Assembly (NCBI GenBank): GCA_037443035.1
Contig: JBBIPC010000010.1
Coordinates: 1 to 64,000, forward strand
Source of the DNA: Chthonomonadales bacterium
Lineage (GTDB): Bacteria > Armatimonadota > Chthonomonadetes > Chthonomonadales > CAJBBX01
Direction: 5' to 3'
Length of the DNA stretch: 64,000 bases
Shown here: positions 36,116 to 45,625 of the stretch, piece after piece
Layout of the letters: each line of letters begins with the position of its first letter
Numbering within the stretch: position 1 is the stretch's first letter
Made by a program: the position numbers and the translations under genes
The notes under the pieces: generated by a model
What the model saw: the letters and a program-made list of their open reading frames with translations, nothing else
Told to the model about the DNA's origin: nothing
The model's database searches: none

Positions 36116-38086
36116 ATGAACAGGAGAACTACCGAACACACCATGACGAGGCAGAGGAAGTACCATGGGCTGGCGAAGCCTTGGAGAGTCGTCCTCGTTC
36201 TCGCTGTACTGGTGGTAGCCGGTCCTGCGGTCCTGGCAGACGAAGATCCCGACAAGCCCTTGGCAGCTCGGCCGAAGCCAACGACTTCCACCCGTCCGGT
36301 TCCTCCAGCGCATACGACGCATGCCCGTCCTGACAGGATTTCGCTGACGTTCAGCAATGTGGATGTGCGTGAAGCACTTGTCAGGATCGCTCAATATGCT
36401 GGGGTAGATGTGCTCCTCGCTCCCGGCGCGACGGGCACGATATCCATCAACCTTCGAGAGCGAACGCCGGACGAGGCGATCCGAATGGTGGCTGCCTCCG
36501 CCGGGTTGTTTGTGACCAGAGCGCAGGGGGCGTTTGTCGTCGGCTCGGCGAATGAGATCCAGCGGGCAGTATCGGAGTTCGGCCTGACCGAGATCGTGCC
36601 TGTTCAGCACGCCAAGCCGGCTGACGCAGCAGCATTCCTGGCGAAGGCTGCTCCCACGGTGAAAGTGGAAGCGCTTGCCAACGCCGTTTCCATGACCGGC
36701 CTACTCGATGACCTCCGACGCGCCCGCGAGACCCTTCGTTCGTACGATGTGCCGGTGCCGCCGGAGCCGGAGAGGCAGGATACGCTACTCATTGCCATGG
36801 AGAAGACCAGCCCGGAATCTGCCGAAGCCGTGCTCCGCCAGGCATTCCCGGGGGTTACCGTGGCGCGCCAGGACCGGGTGATCGTTGTGACCGGCCCGGC
36901 GAGTGTGTTGCCGACCGTCGAGAAGGCAGCCAAGGCGATCGATGTGGCGGCACCCGTCGAAGTCGAACAGACAGAGGTAGCTGTGGTAAAGCTCCAATAC
37001 CTCCATGCGAAGAAGGTGGAGGAATCGCTGAAGGTGGTATTCCCCGATGTGAAGGTCGCTGCTGGTCCTGAGCCGAACATGCCGCCCATGGCGTTCTTCT
37101 ATCCTATGACGACGGGTGCGTTCGGTACGACCGGTGCTGGTGGGACTAGCGGCGGAGCAGGGGGCGTTGCTGGTGGAGCAGCGGGAGTCGGCGGCGCAGG
37201 CGCTGGCGTTGGCGGAGCTGGAGTGGGAGGCGGTGCCGGTGGCGAAGGGGGCGTGTTCCCTGCGTTCACACGTGCCAGCAGTGTCGTGCTGGTCGGCAAG
37301 GCGTCGGAAGTCCACCAGGCGGTGAAGGCGGTCCAAGAGATGGACGTGCCTCAGGCACTGGTGCGCATTGACGCAGCGCTCGTCGAGGTCAGCGACGACG
37401 CCATGAAGGACCTCGGTGTGGAATGGTCCTGGCAAGATGGGAATTTCAGCTTCGCCCAGCGATGGAATCCCGCCGCCGACCAGACAAAGGGCTTGGAGGG
37501 AGGCGTGACGACCTCCACGGTGAACGTATCGGACTTCATGGCGACGATCAAGGCGCTCGCCACGAAGAAGAAAGCGAATGTGCTGGCTAATCCGAACATC
37601 ACCTGTGTTGACAATGAGGACGCCAGCATCTTCATCGGTGAGCTCAGGCGGTTCCGTGGGTCCACCGTCGTCAGCCCTGGCATTGGCACGGTCCAAGGAA
37701 CGGAGACGGTTCCCGTCGGTATCGCGCTGCTGGTGCGTCCACGTATCCATCCAGACGGCAACATTACGCTCAAAGTCCATCCCGTGGTAAGTACGGTGCT
37801 CTCGGTGGTGGATGGCCTGCCTCAGACGGCTAGCCGTGAAGCCGACACGACCGTTCGGATGCGTGCCGGCGAGGAGCTGGTCATCGGTGGCCTGTTCAAG
37901 ACCGAAGACATTCGATCCGAGTCGAAGGTTCCCATCCTCGGCGACCTGCCCATACTCGGAGCCCTTTTCCGGAGCACCAACCACACTAAGAACAGAACCG
38001 AAGTAGTGGTTGTCCTGCGCGTGTACCCTGTGTATCCCAATCCTGCTCCTGAGAAGGACTTCAGGAACGGAGTGACACCGCGATGA
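36116..38086 (+). CDS. Secretin (PilQ/GspD family)
   Basis: ISLTFSNVDVREAL N0, N3 repeats, V.IDAALVEV, VLANPNI, GIALLVRPRI, KVPILGDLPILGALFRS. Confidence 0.93.
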   Translation: MNRRTTEHTMTRQRKYHGLAKPWRVVLVLAVLVVAGPAVLADEDPDKPLAARPKPTTSTRPVPPAHTTHARPDRISLTFSNVDVREALVRIAQYAGVDVLLAPGATGTISINLRERTPDEAIRMVAASAGLFVTRAQGAFVVGSANEIQRAVSEFGLTEIVPVQHAKPADAAAFLAKAAPTVKVEALANAVSMTGLLDDLRRARETLRSYDVPVPPEPERQDTLLIAMEKTSPESAEAVLRQAFPGVTVARQDRVIVVTGPASVLPTVEKAAKAIDVAAPVEVEQTEVAVVKLQYLHAKKVEESLKVVFPDVKVAAGPEPNMPPMAFFYPMTTGAFGTTGAGGTSGGAGGVAGGAAGVGGAGAGVGGAGVGGGAGGEGGVFPAFTRASSVVLVGKASEVHQAVKAVQEMDVPQALVRIDAALVEVSDDAMKDLGVEWSWQDGNFSFAQRWNPAADQTKGLEGGVTTSTVNVSDFMATIKALATKKKANVLANPNITCVDNEDASIFIGELRRFRGSTVVSPGIGTVQGTETVPVGIALLVRPRIHPDGNITLKVHPVVSTVLSVVDGLPQTASREADTTVRMRAGEELVIGGLFKTEDIRSESKVPILGDLPILGALFRSTNHTKNRTEVVVVLRVYPVYPNPAPEKDFRNGVTPR

Positions 38087-38985
38087 ACAACAACAAGCAA
38101 GCCAACCCTATTGTTGTCGTGCTCATGGTGGTCGCGATTGTCGGCTTCCTCGGCTTCGCGGTGAAACAAGCCATGGTGCCCGACAAGCTCCCGCCGAGCC
38201 CGGACCAGGCCCAGGCAGGTCCTGCCGATCTGGCGCCTGCACCGCAAGCAGTGCCGGAGCAACGACCGAAACCCGCCATATCGGTGGAGGCCGCGCCAGG
38301 AGTGAACCCATTCACACCACTTCCCTTCAAGCGTGGGAGTGGCTCCCAGCAGGAGTCCATGACAAGACAGCCTGTGCTTCCGCCATCACCTGCGCCCTCG
38401 GCAGGGCCGGTACCAGCACCGGTCCTTATCGCTCGGGATCGCGAGCGACGTTCAGCAGCTCTCGCCGGCTCGACTCGGGAAGGTACCCTGCCGGCGACGC
38501 CTGGTGGGCAGCTCCAGCCGGCCACGGTGACCGTGGAGCCAGTCCTCATGGGCACCATGCTGGGAAGTCGGCCGGTGGCGGTGTTCAAGGCGGACAAGGA
38601 TACGGTCATGGTGCCCGAGGGAGGAGCCTACCTGGGTTGGAGAGTCGTGCGCGTAGGCCACGGGGAAGCCACGGTGTGGAACGGCAACGTGTCCGTCCGG
38701 CTGAAGGTGGGTGGACCGTCGCAGATGACGGTACGGTCGGCCATGGCGCCTCCGGCTCCAGCCAATCCTTACGCAAGCGCCAACTGCATTACGTTGCACT
38801 TCACGGGAAAACCTGTCCCCACGCGTCGGGAGCTAGTACTGGGACGCATGGAGGAGGATATGCTGGAACCAGTCGGAGAGGCCGGCAGTGGCGGCCTTCC
38901 ATCGGGCCAAGCAGAGCGGGAATCCGATCCGGCTGACGTCCCATCGAAAGGCTCGGAGATTGACGGAGGGGGAGTGGGGAGCTAA
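38083..38985 (+). CDS. PilP/GspC-like Pro-rich membrane-anchored protein
   Basis: TM anchor, NPFTP, LMGTM.GSRPVAVF...V.EG....GWRVVRV. Confidence 0.6.
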   Translation: MNNNKQANPIVVVLMVVAIVGFLGFAVKQAMVPDKLPPSPDQAQAGPADLAPAPQAVPEQRPKPAISVEAAPGVNPFTPLPFKRGSGSQQESMTRQPVLPPSPAPSAGPVPAPVLIARDRERRSAALAGSTREGTLPATPGGQLQPATVTVEPVLMGTMLGSRPVAVFKADKDTVMVPEGGAYLGWRVVRVGHGEATVWNGNVSVRLKVGGPSQMTVRSAMAPPAPANPYASANCITLHFTGKPVPTRRELVLGRMEEDMLEPVGEAGSGGLPSGQAERESDPADVPSKGSEIDGGGVGS

Positions 38986-39018
38986 CCGCGCGTCGCCGCA
39001 CAGACTCACGCGATCCAA

Positions 39019-39053
39019 GCGGCCCGACTGCGTCCTGCGGTCGGGCTGTTTCT
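39019..39053 (+). terminator. Rho-independent terminator ending the pilus operon
   Basis: GCGGCCCGACTGC/GCGGTCGGGCTGT stem followed by TTCT, between convergent genes. Confidence 0.7.
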
Positions 39054-40098
39054 ATGCCAGCCAGGCGTCCAGATTGTCCCGGATGAATGCGTCATCGTGG
39101 AGATGGGGATACGCGTCCAGCACCCGGTCAATCTCCTCCGCTTGCCCAGGCGAAAGTTTCTCGGCTGGGTCGAGGCACCAGATTCCACGGAGCAGCCCTT
39201 GGCGGCGAAGTACCTCGTGGATACCGGCAATGCAGCCACGAAAGCCGTGTGCAGCATCGAACAGAGCGGCGTTGGTATCGGTGAGTTGCAGTGACAGGGA
39301 GAGCAGGTCCTCTGGGACCGTGCCCTCTGCCAGCGCTTGCTGCGTTCGTTTCAGGATGCCGACCGCCGCCCGGGTTCCCACGGCCCACTGGCCGAGCAAG
39401 CCGCCGTGGAATCGCACGCGGCAGCCTCCAATATCCGCATGGGTCAGCAGATCCCCTATGATATGATCGTCGTTGCCCGTGTAGAGTGCTATCTCGTTGG
39501 CTCGGCCGGACTCTGCCACCGCACGGAGCACATCCAGGGTGTGGTAGCGGTTGAAGGGGGCGATCTTGATGGCGATGAGGCGTTCGATTTCCAGCATCCC
39601 GTGCCAGAAGCTTCGCGTCAGGACACGCCCTCCTACTGCGGGTTGGAGGTAGAAACCCATGATAGGCAGTACCTGGCTCAACACGCGGCAGTGAGCCAGC
39701 ATGACCTCGTCTGGGTCGTTGTCGAACGCACTGAGGCTCACGAGCACCAGGTCGTAACCTAGCTCGGCAGCGAGTTCGGCCTCAGCCACGGCCTGCCTGG
39801 TACGGCCGCAGACGCCAGCGATGAGCAGGGGCCTGGGGGACGGTCTTGCGGCTACTTCGGCGGCGATTTCCAACACGGGGCGCAGGAGTCCGTGACGAGG
39901 GTCGCGGATGGCGAACTGTGTGGTATGAACACCCACAGCGAGGCCGCCAGCACCTGCGGCCACGTAGTAACGGCCGAGGGCGCGCTGGCGGCCCTCATCG
40001 AGGCGGCGCTCTGCAGTGAGAGCGAGGGGATGGGCTGGAATGACCATCCCCTCTATGAGACGGCGCTGAAGACTCCGACTATCGCCCGGGGAGGCCAT
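39052..40098 (-). CDS. Dihydrodipicolinate synthase family (class I aldolase-like) protein
   Basis: VIPAHPLAL, GVHTTQF, FYLQ, AIKIAPFNRY and YTGNDD. Confidence 0.88.
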   Translation of the reverse strand: MASPGDSRSLQRRLIEGMVIPAHPLALTAERRLDEGRQRALGRYYVAAGAGGLAVGVHTTQFAIRDPRHGLLRPVLEIAAEVAARPSPRPLLIAGVCGRTRQAVAEAELAAELGYDLVLVSLSAFDNDPDEVMLAHCRVLSQVLPIMGFYLQPAVGGRVLTRSFWHGMLEIERLIAIKIAPFNRYHTLDVLRAVAESGRANEIALYTGNDDHIIGDLLTHADIGGCRVRFHGGLLGQWAVGTRAAVGILKRTQQALAEGTVPEDLLSLSLQLTDTNAALFDAAHGFRGCIAGIHEVLRRQGLLRGIWCLDPAEKLSPGQAEEIDRVLDAYPHLHDDAFIRDNLDAWLA

Positions 40099-40129
40099 CG
40101 CCGAAGTCTAGATACTCGTCCTGACCACT

Positions 40130-41407
40130 TCAGACCGCTGCGGCCGCGGCGTAAAGGCGCTTGTACTCTTCCACGGGAATGCCTGCCACCTCAGCCAGCT
40201 TCGTTGCAGTCGCGGCGTCCTCGAGGTCGCATTTCTCCAGCCGGATCATCGCTGCCCGCGCGGCCAGGTAGGCATCCGAGGTGACGTCCACGCGGCGCAC
40301 GGCGGTCTTCCCTGTTTGTGGATCGAGGATGCGGCTGAAGGGGATGGGTTCGACCTTCCCTGCGCGTATCGCCATGAGCGCCCCGCCGGTTCCCCAAGCT
40401 GGTCTTTGACCCAGAACGTACTGGACTGCTGCCCATCCCAACTGCTGCACGTACTCCGCATCGAAAGCGATGGGTGGCGCGCAGCGGAGCTCGTAGCCGA
40501 TGGTGATGTCCACGATCGTCGGTTTCTGACCCCTAGCCTTGAACCGTGCCTGGAGCTCGCGCTTCAAGATCAGCGCCAGCGGTACCTCTGCCAGCCGCAG
40601 GTTGTTCGACTTGTCGCGTGTGATCTCGACGTAGGGGCGCCCCTCGAGTTCACGTACAAGCAACTCGCCGATACCTTCCGCGACGACCGCCACTCCATAG
40701 TCGCGTCCCATAGCCTTGGACTTGTGCATGGAGCCTTCGATAATGCTGAGGACGAGGTCCAAGGACGCCGATCCGCCGAACTCCTCCGGAATGACAGCCA
40801 TGGACGCCCCACCCGAACGGGCCATGCCCAGCGCCAAGTGGCCAGCGCTTCGGCCCATGGCGGCCACGACAAACCACCGCTTGGTTGTTCTCGCATCTTC
40901 CATGAGGTTGCTGACCAGCTCGGCACCCACGGCCCGCGCCGTGTTGTAGCCGAACGTGGGGGCCATGTCCGGTAGCGGTAGGTCGTTATCAATGGTCTTG
41001 GGAACGTGGGCAACCTGGATGGTGCCCTGCGATGTCTCTGCCGTCTTCAGCGCTGTGTACGCCGTATCATCACCGCCGATGGTGACCAGGTAGCCAATGC
41101 CGAGGCTCTCGAGTGCCTGAACCACTCGCGCCATCTTCTCGGCGTCGTCAGCCGGCTTTTCCCGTGACGTACGGAGTATGGAACCGCCCTTGGCGCGACA
41201 CTCCTCGGCGTCGGCGAGCGTCAGCGTGCACGTATGGGTGGTGTCGCCTGCCGCCAGCCACTTGAACCCGTCATAGATGCCCACTACTTCGAGACCCTGA
41301 CGTATGGCCTCCGTAGTCGCGCCGGCAATGACCCCGTTGATACCGGGGGCTGGTCCCCCGCCAACGAGGATTCCCAGCTTGGCAGTAGCCTTACTTGCTT
41401 GCGTCAT
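40130..41407 (-). CDS. pfp: Pyrophosphate-dependent 6-phosphofructokinase
   Basis: GGGPAPG, GGDDT (Asp) and PKTIDND (Lys) PPi-type signature, MGR, GYELR. Confidence 0.88.
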   Translation of the reverse strand: MTQASKATAKLGILVGGGPAPGINGVIAGATTEAIRQGLEVVGIYDGFKWLAAGDTTHTCTLTLADAEECRAKGGSILRTSREKPADDAEKMARVVQALESLGIGYLVTIGGDDTAYTALKTAETSQGTIQVAHVPKTIDNDLPLPDMAPTFGYNTARAVGAELVSNLMEDARTTKRWFVVAAMGRSAGHLALGMARSGGASMAVIPEEFGGSASLDLVLSIIEGSMHKSKAMGRDYGVAVVAEGIGELLVRELEGRPYVEITRDKSNNLRLAEVPLALILKRELQARFKARGQKPTIVDITIGYELRCAPPIAFDAEYVQQLGWAAVQYVLGQRPAWGTGGALMAIRAGKVEPIPFSRILDPQTGKTAVRRVDVTSDAYLAARAAMIRLEKCDLEDAATATKLAEVAGIPVEEYKRLYAAAAAV

Positions 41408-41423
41408 CGTGTCATGTTCCTCC

Positions 41424-42329
41424 TTACTGTGAAACACTGGCCGCTCTTGCGGCGTGTACGGCCTTGTCGGCGAACAGGTGGACATCGGCCGCATCCAGAA
41501 GCGCTTCCAGCGCGACTCCAGAGCTGGGCTCGTAGGTCACCCAACCGGCAGCAAAATCCAGCCGATGCAGGTCTAGAGCGTCCTGCGGTATGGGGATCGC
41601 ATGCGGCTGCGTCTGGAGAACCGAGCGTATCCGCGAAACCAGCACAGGCCCGTCCGCATCCCTAGCACCGAACGCAGTGATGGCGAACTCGTCACCTCCA
41701 ATGCGGGCAGCGATATCGGAGGCGCGTACGGATCGCTGGAGCGCCGTGGCGAACAGACGCAGGGCTTCATCGCCGGCCTTGTGTCCACCCAGGGTGTTGA
41801 TCGTTCTCAGGTCGTCCATGTCCGCAAGCAGGACCAAACATGGCTTGGCCACGCGGTCGGCCAGCAACAATGCGCGCTCTGTCCATGCCAGAAACGCCCT
41901 TCGATTCGGTATGCCTGTCAGGGGATCCGTGTAGGCGGCTTCCTGCAGTTGGCGCGTGTAATCGTGCCTTGCCTCAGCCCGCGCGATGATGCGCGGTACC
42001 GATTCGGGCAACCACGCATCCCGAGCGACCACCTCGTCAGCGCCAGATCGCAACGCGCCCAAGGCACTTCGGCTATCGAGTTCGTCGACCACGACAATGA
42101 CAGGAGCCGAAGGCGCCCAGCGCGTTCCCAGTTGGATGGCTTCAGCCAATGCGGACGGTTGCAGGCCCCCGCCAACCACAATAAGATCCATCTGCCCACG
42201 CTGCAGAGCGGCCAAGAAACTGGTCAGGTCCGGGCACAGAACGGTAGTTCGTCGAGCCCACTCCTTACCCGGTGCAGCATCCAGTACCTGAACCAGTCGC
42301 GTACATTCCGGTCCCACGACGGCCCACAT
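41424..42329 (-). CDS. Diguanylate cyclase with degenerate receiver-like N-terminus
   Basis: TDPLTGIPNRR, ADMDD, GHKAGD, RASD I-site, GGDEF; GGAGG RBS. Confidence 0.9.
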   Translation of the reverse strand: MWAVVGPECTRLVQVLDAAPGKEWARRTTVLCPDLTSFLAALQRGQMDLIVVGGGLQPSALAEAIQLGTRWAPSAPVIVVVDELDSRSALGALRSGADEVVARDAWLPESVPRIIARAEARHDYTRQLQEAAYTDPLTGIPNRRAFLAWTERALLLADRVAKPCLVLLADMDDLRTINTLGGHKAGDEALRLFATALQRSVRASDIAARIGGDEFAITAFGARDADGPVLVSRIRSVLQTQPHAIPIPQDALDLHRLDFAAGWVTYEPSSGVALEALLDAADVHLFADKAVHAARAASVSQ

Positions 42330-42400
42330 GATCGAGCCTCCGTGCTTCCTGGCGGGCAGCCGTCGTCCCTTAGAGGTACGTTCCCACCCACGAACCAGGG

Positions 42401-42760
42401 TTACTGCCCTGCTTTGGTGGACGACTTGAGCACTTCCACCGCTTCCTCGGGCGTACCGACGATGGAGAAAACGCGATGCATACGTACCAGCTCGAAGAGC
42501 GAGCGCACGGGCTTCCTCATACGGCAAAGGACAAGATCGCCGCCCGCTGCGTTGGTCTGGCGGAGACACGAAAGGAACGAACCCAAGCCCGCGCTGTCCA
42601 TGAACTCTACGTCCCCAAGATCCAGCACAATCTTACGGGACTGCGATAGCAACGGAGACATGCCCGCCTTGAAGTCGTCGGCGTTGCTGATGTCCAGATT
42701 TGGCCCTGGCACTTGGACGATGGTCACGTCATCGATCTGCCAGGTCTTCAGTGTAAGCAT
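42401..42760 (-). CDS. STAS anti-anti-sigma factor (RsbV/SpoIIAA-like)
   Basis: VLDLGDVEFMDSAGLG with phosphoacceptor Ser. Confidence 0.92.
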   Translation of the reverse strand: MLTLKTWQIDDVTIVQVPGPNLDISNADDFKAGMSPLLSQSRKIVLDLGDVEFMDSAGLGSFLSCLRQTNAAGGDLVLCRMRKPVRSLFELVRMHRVFSIVGTPEEAVEVLKSSTKAGQ

Positions 42761-42828
42761 GTGCTGCACCCCTCCAAGGAAGCGTTGAACAGCGCCACGA
42801 GGGAAACCATACGCAACCTCCTGGCACG

Positions 42829-44460
42829 TTATTCGGATGTCCCGGTCGCCTCGCGCCCCATAGCGCGCTTCACCATCACCAAGTGGTTCCGGCCGAGATC
42901 GTCTCTATAGTACCTATGCGAATCCACTGACTGCTGTATGATATAGACACCGAAGCCCCTCTCGCGGGAACCATCGAACGCCGGTTGCTGCACCGCGTCC
43001 GGGTCGAAAGGCCTTCCCCAATCGGCCAAGTCTACGTGCACTTCGTCCTCGTACGCGCGTAGATCTACCTGTACGCGCCTGTGGCGTGTGCCCCAGTAGG
43101 CATGGTCGAGTATGTTCGTGGTGGCCTCGCTGACGGCCAGTACGAGTGTGGCAATCTCGTGTTCCGTGAATCTCGCTGGTGCCTGATCCCTGCAGAACCA
43201 CTCGACGAGCTTACGCATAGCGTCCAGCTCCTTTGGATTACTATGCACCTCCATGGCGGAGTGAGCCACCGGTCTTGGCGGGAAAGCTGCCGCGATTTTC
43301 ACCACAACACAGGTCACATCGTCCCTCAGGCCATTATTCACTGCGAACGACTTGGCGGCGTCACAGAGGTAGTTCGCCATCTCCTGTGCTGGTTGGTGGA
43401 CGGACTCCTCGACGGCCTGGACAACCCTTTCTTCACCGAAGAGCTCTCCATCCGGATTGCGCGCCTCGGTGAGCCCGTCGGAGTAGAACACGAAAACATC
43501 GCCAGCTCCGAACGTAACCCGTTTCTGCGCGTAGATCTCGCCGAGAGCCACGCCAAGCGGCAGGTTGTCGCCTTGGAGAAGCTCCACTTTCCGTTCTGCT
43601 GCACAGTAGTGGACGGTTCGCATATGCCCTGCGTCAACATACGTCATGGTCCTTGTCGCCATGTCGAAGCGACTATACCAGAGTGTGACGAACGTATCTA
43701 GCTGGTAGAGGTCGCTGCTGGTGGCATGGTGCACGGCGGCAATGATCTCTTCCGGATCCGGCATGCGGCTGAACTCGCGCAGTGCAAGGATCAGGCGCCG
43801 GGCGCAACGCTGGAAGTGATGCTTGGTGCCGGCTCCTGCCAGGGAAGCAGGTATGCCCTTGCCCATGACATCCCCGATGAGCACGTCGAAGTGATCCCGA
43901 TCGTACTCCTCGAATCCCCAAAAGTCGCCATCCACACTCCGTGATGGCAGCGACACCGCCCCGATGTCGAGCCCTTCCACGTGTTTCGGCGGCGCATCGA
44001 TCAGCAGTGCCTTCTGCAGACACCAAGCCATCTCCTTCTCACGCGCCTGCAAGTGCTCGGCTCTTTCTTCTGCCCTGCGCCGCTGGAGAGCGTAGCGAAT
44101 GGACCGCTCCAGAGTGACCGCATCAATGTCATGCTTCACCAGGTAATCCCAGGCGCCCGCCTGCATGGCGGCACGATCCACCTCACGGTCTTTCTGGCCT
44201 GTGAGGAAGATCATGGGAGTGGTGCATCCACCGCGAATGGCTTCGGTCACGAGGTCCACGCCAGTCCTATCGCCGAGACGATAATCCACCAGGATGACGT
44301 CGTGCCGGCCCTCCAAAGCGATGGCGAGCCCTTCGTCGTAGGTGCTGGCCCAGTCCAGGAGATACTCGCCGTCTTCGATCTCGGCGAGGCTATCGCGTGC
44401 GATGACGTAATCGTCGCTGTCGTCCTCGATGAGTAGGACGCGTACGGGGCTGTCGGGCAA
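42829..44460 (-). CDS. Receiver + PP2C (SpoIIE/RsbU) phosphatase + RsbW-like kinase fusion
   Basis: LIEDD..VDYRL..K receiver; DGDF, GDVMGKG, SDGLTE, DDVT phosphatase; EATTN..H, DWG, RGFG kinase. Confidence 0.9.
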   Translation of the reverse strand: MPDSPVRVLLIEDDSDDYVIARDSLAEIEDGEYLLDWASTYDEGLAIALEGRHDVILVDYRLGDRTGVDLVTEAIRGGCTTPMIFLTGQKDREVDRAAMQAGAWDYLVKHDIDAVTLERSIRYALQRRRAEERAEHLQAREKEMAWCLQKALLIDAPPKHVEGLDIGAVSLPSRSVDGDFWGFEEYDRDHFDVLIGDVMGKGIPASLAGAGTKHHFQRCARRLILALREFSRMPDPEEIIAAVHHATSSDLYQLDTFVTLWYSRFDMATRTMTYVDAGHMRTVHYCAAERKVELLQGDNLPLGVALGEIYAQKRVTFGAGDVFVFYSDGLTEARNPDGELFGEERVVQAVEESVHQPAQEMANYLCDAAKSFAVNNGLRDDVTCVVVKIAAAFPPRPVAHSAMEVHSNPKELDAMRKLVEWFCRDQAPARFTEHEIATLVLAVSEATTNILDHAYWGTRHRRVQVDLRAYEDEVHVDLADWGRPFDPDAVQQPAFDGSRERGFGVYIIQQSVDSHRYYRDDLGRNHLVMVKRAMGREATGTSE

Positions 44461-44461
44461 G

Positions 44462-44935
44462 CTACTCTCCTGTGGCAGCGTTCGGGAGTTCGATAATCTC
44501 GAACCAGTACCGCCGGATGGTGCGCATTACCTCCACCAGACCTTCGAAGGTGACTGGCTTGATGATATAGGAGTTGGCGCCGACTTCGTACATCCTGAGA
44601 ATGTCCTCCTCAGCCTTGGAGGTGGTTAGCACGACCACAGGAATCGTGTGGAGCTCCGGGTCCGTCTTGATGATTCTCAGCGCTTCACGACCATCCATCC
44701 GTGGCATATTGAGGTCGAGCAAGATGAGTCCGGGGCGGGGGGACGATGCTGGGTCACTGTACTTGCCACGGTGCTTCAGGTAGTCGATCAACTCCTCGCC
44801 GTTCTCCACAATGTGGAGATTGTTGGCGATCATGCTCTCCTCGAGAGCCTCCCTGGCTAAGAGCTGGTCGTCCGGGTCATCCTCCGCCATGAGGATGGTG
44901 ATGGGTTTCGCTTGTGTGAGCATGGTGTCTTCCAT
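44462..44935 (-). CDS. Single-domain response regulator (Rcp-like)
   Basis: AEDDPDD, LLDLNMP, VLTTS, GANSYIIKP, YWFE. Confidence 0.92.
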   Translation of the reverse strand: MEDTMLTQAKPITILMAEDDPDDQLLAREALEESMIANNLHIVENGEELIDYLKHRGKYSDPASSPRPGLILLDLNMPRMDGREALRIIKTDPELHTIPVVVLTTSKAEEDILRMYEVGANSYIIKPVTFEGLVEVMRTIRRYWFEIIELPNAATGE

Positions 44936-44986
44936 GAGCCGGCTCCTTGGTCCGAATGCTGTTCTGGTCCAGGCGCTTCCGCGACG

Positions 44987-45625
44987 TCACCGCCTCATCA
45001 CGGTAGTGATAGTCCGTAGCATTATACGCACGTCTCCTAGGAGGCAGCGTGAACGTATATACTGCAGATCGAGCTGCAGCTTAGCCGGCATAACCTCCTT
45101 GATATAGTAGTCTTCGATATTGTCGCGACCGGCGAGGAGCGCTTCCTCGTTTCGGTACTCTAGTTGCGTAAGGCCCGTAACACCAGGGCGTACACTGAGC
45201 ACCTGGCGCTGCTCCGGCGTGTAGTAGGCCACGTACCTCGGGACTTCCGGGCGGGGACCTACGAGCGTCATGTCCCCGCGCAAGACGTTCAGGAACTGCG
45301 GCAGCTCGTCCAGCTTCCACTTCCGCATGAACCGACCGATCGGTGTAACACGAGTGTCGCCACCTGCGGTGACTTCTGGGCCACCAGTGGCGACGCGCAT
45401 GGAGCGAAACTTCAGCAGGACGAAGCTCTTCCCGCACCGGCCCACCCGCTCCTGCCGGAATAGCACCGGTCCGGGAGATGACAGCTTGACCAGGACCGCC
45501 AGGACCAGAAACACCGGCGACAACAACAGCAGTATCAAGACGGATACCACAACGTCGAGCACGCGCCGAATGGTATCGCTGCAGTACGAAGATTGCGTGG
45601 CGACAGACGGGCCCGCGTCCATCAT
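44987..45625 (-). CDS. Initiating phosphoglycosyl (sugar) transferase
   Basis: [34 protein letters not shown]. Confidence 0.93.
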   Translation of the reverse strand: MMDAGPSVATQSSYCSDTIRRVLDVVVSVLILLLLSPVFLVLAVLVKLSSPGPVLFRQERVGRCGKSFVLLKFRSMRVATGGPEVTAGGDTRVTPIGRFMRKWKLDELPQFLNVLRGDMTLVGPRPEVPRYVAYYTPEQRQVLSVRPGVTGLTQLEYRNEEALLAGRDNIEDYYIKEVMPAKLQLDLQYIRSRCLLGDVRIMLRTITTVMRR

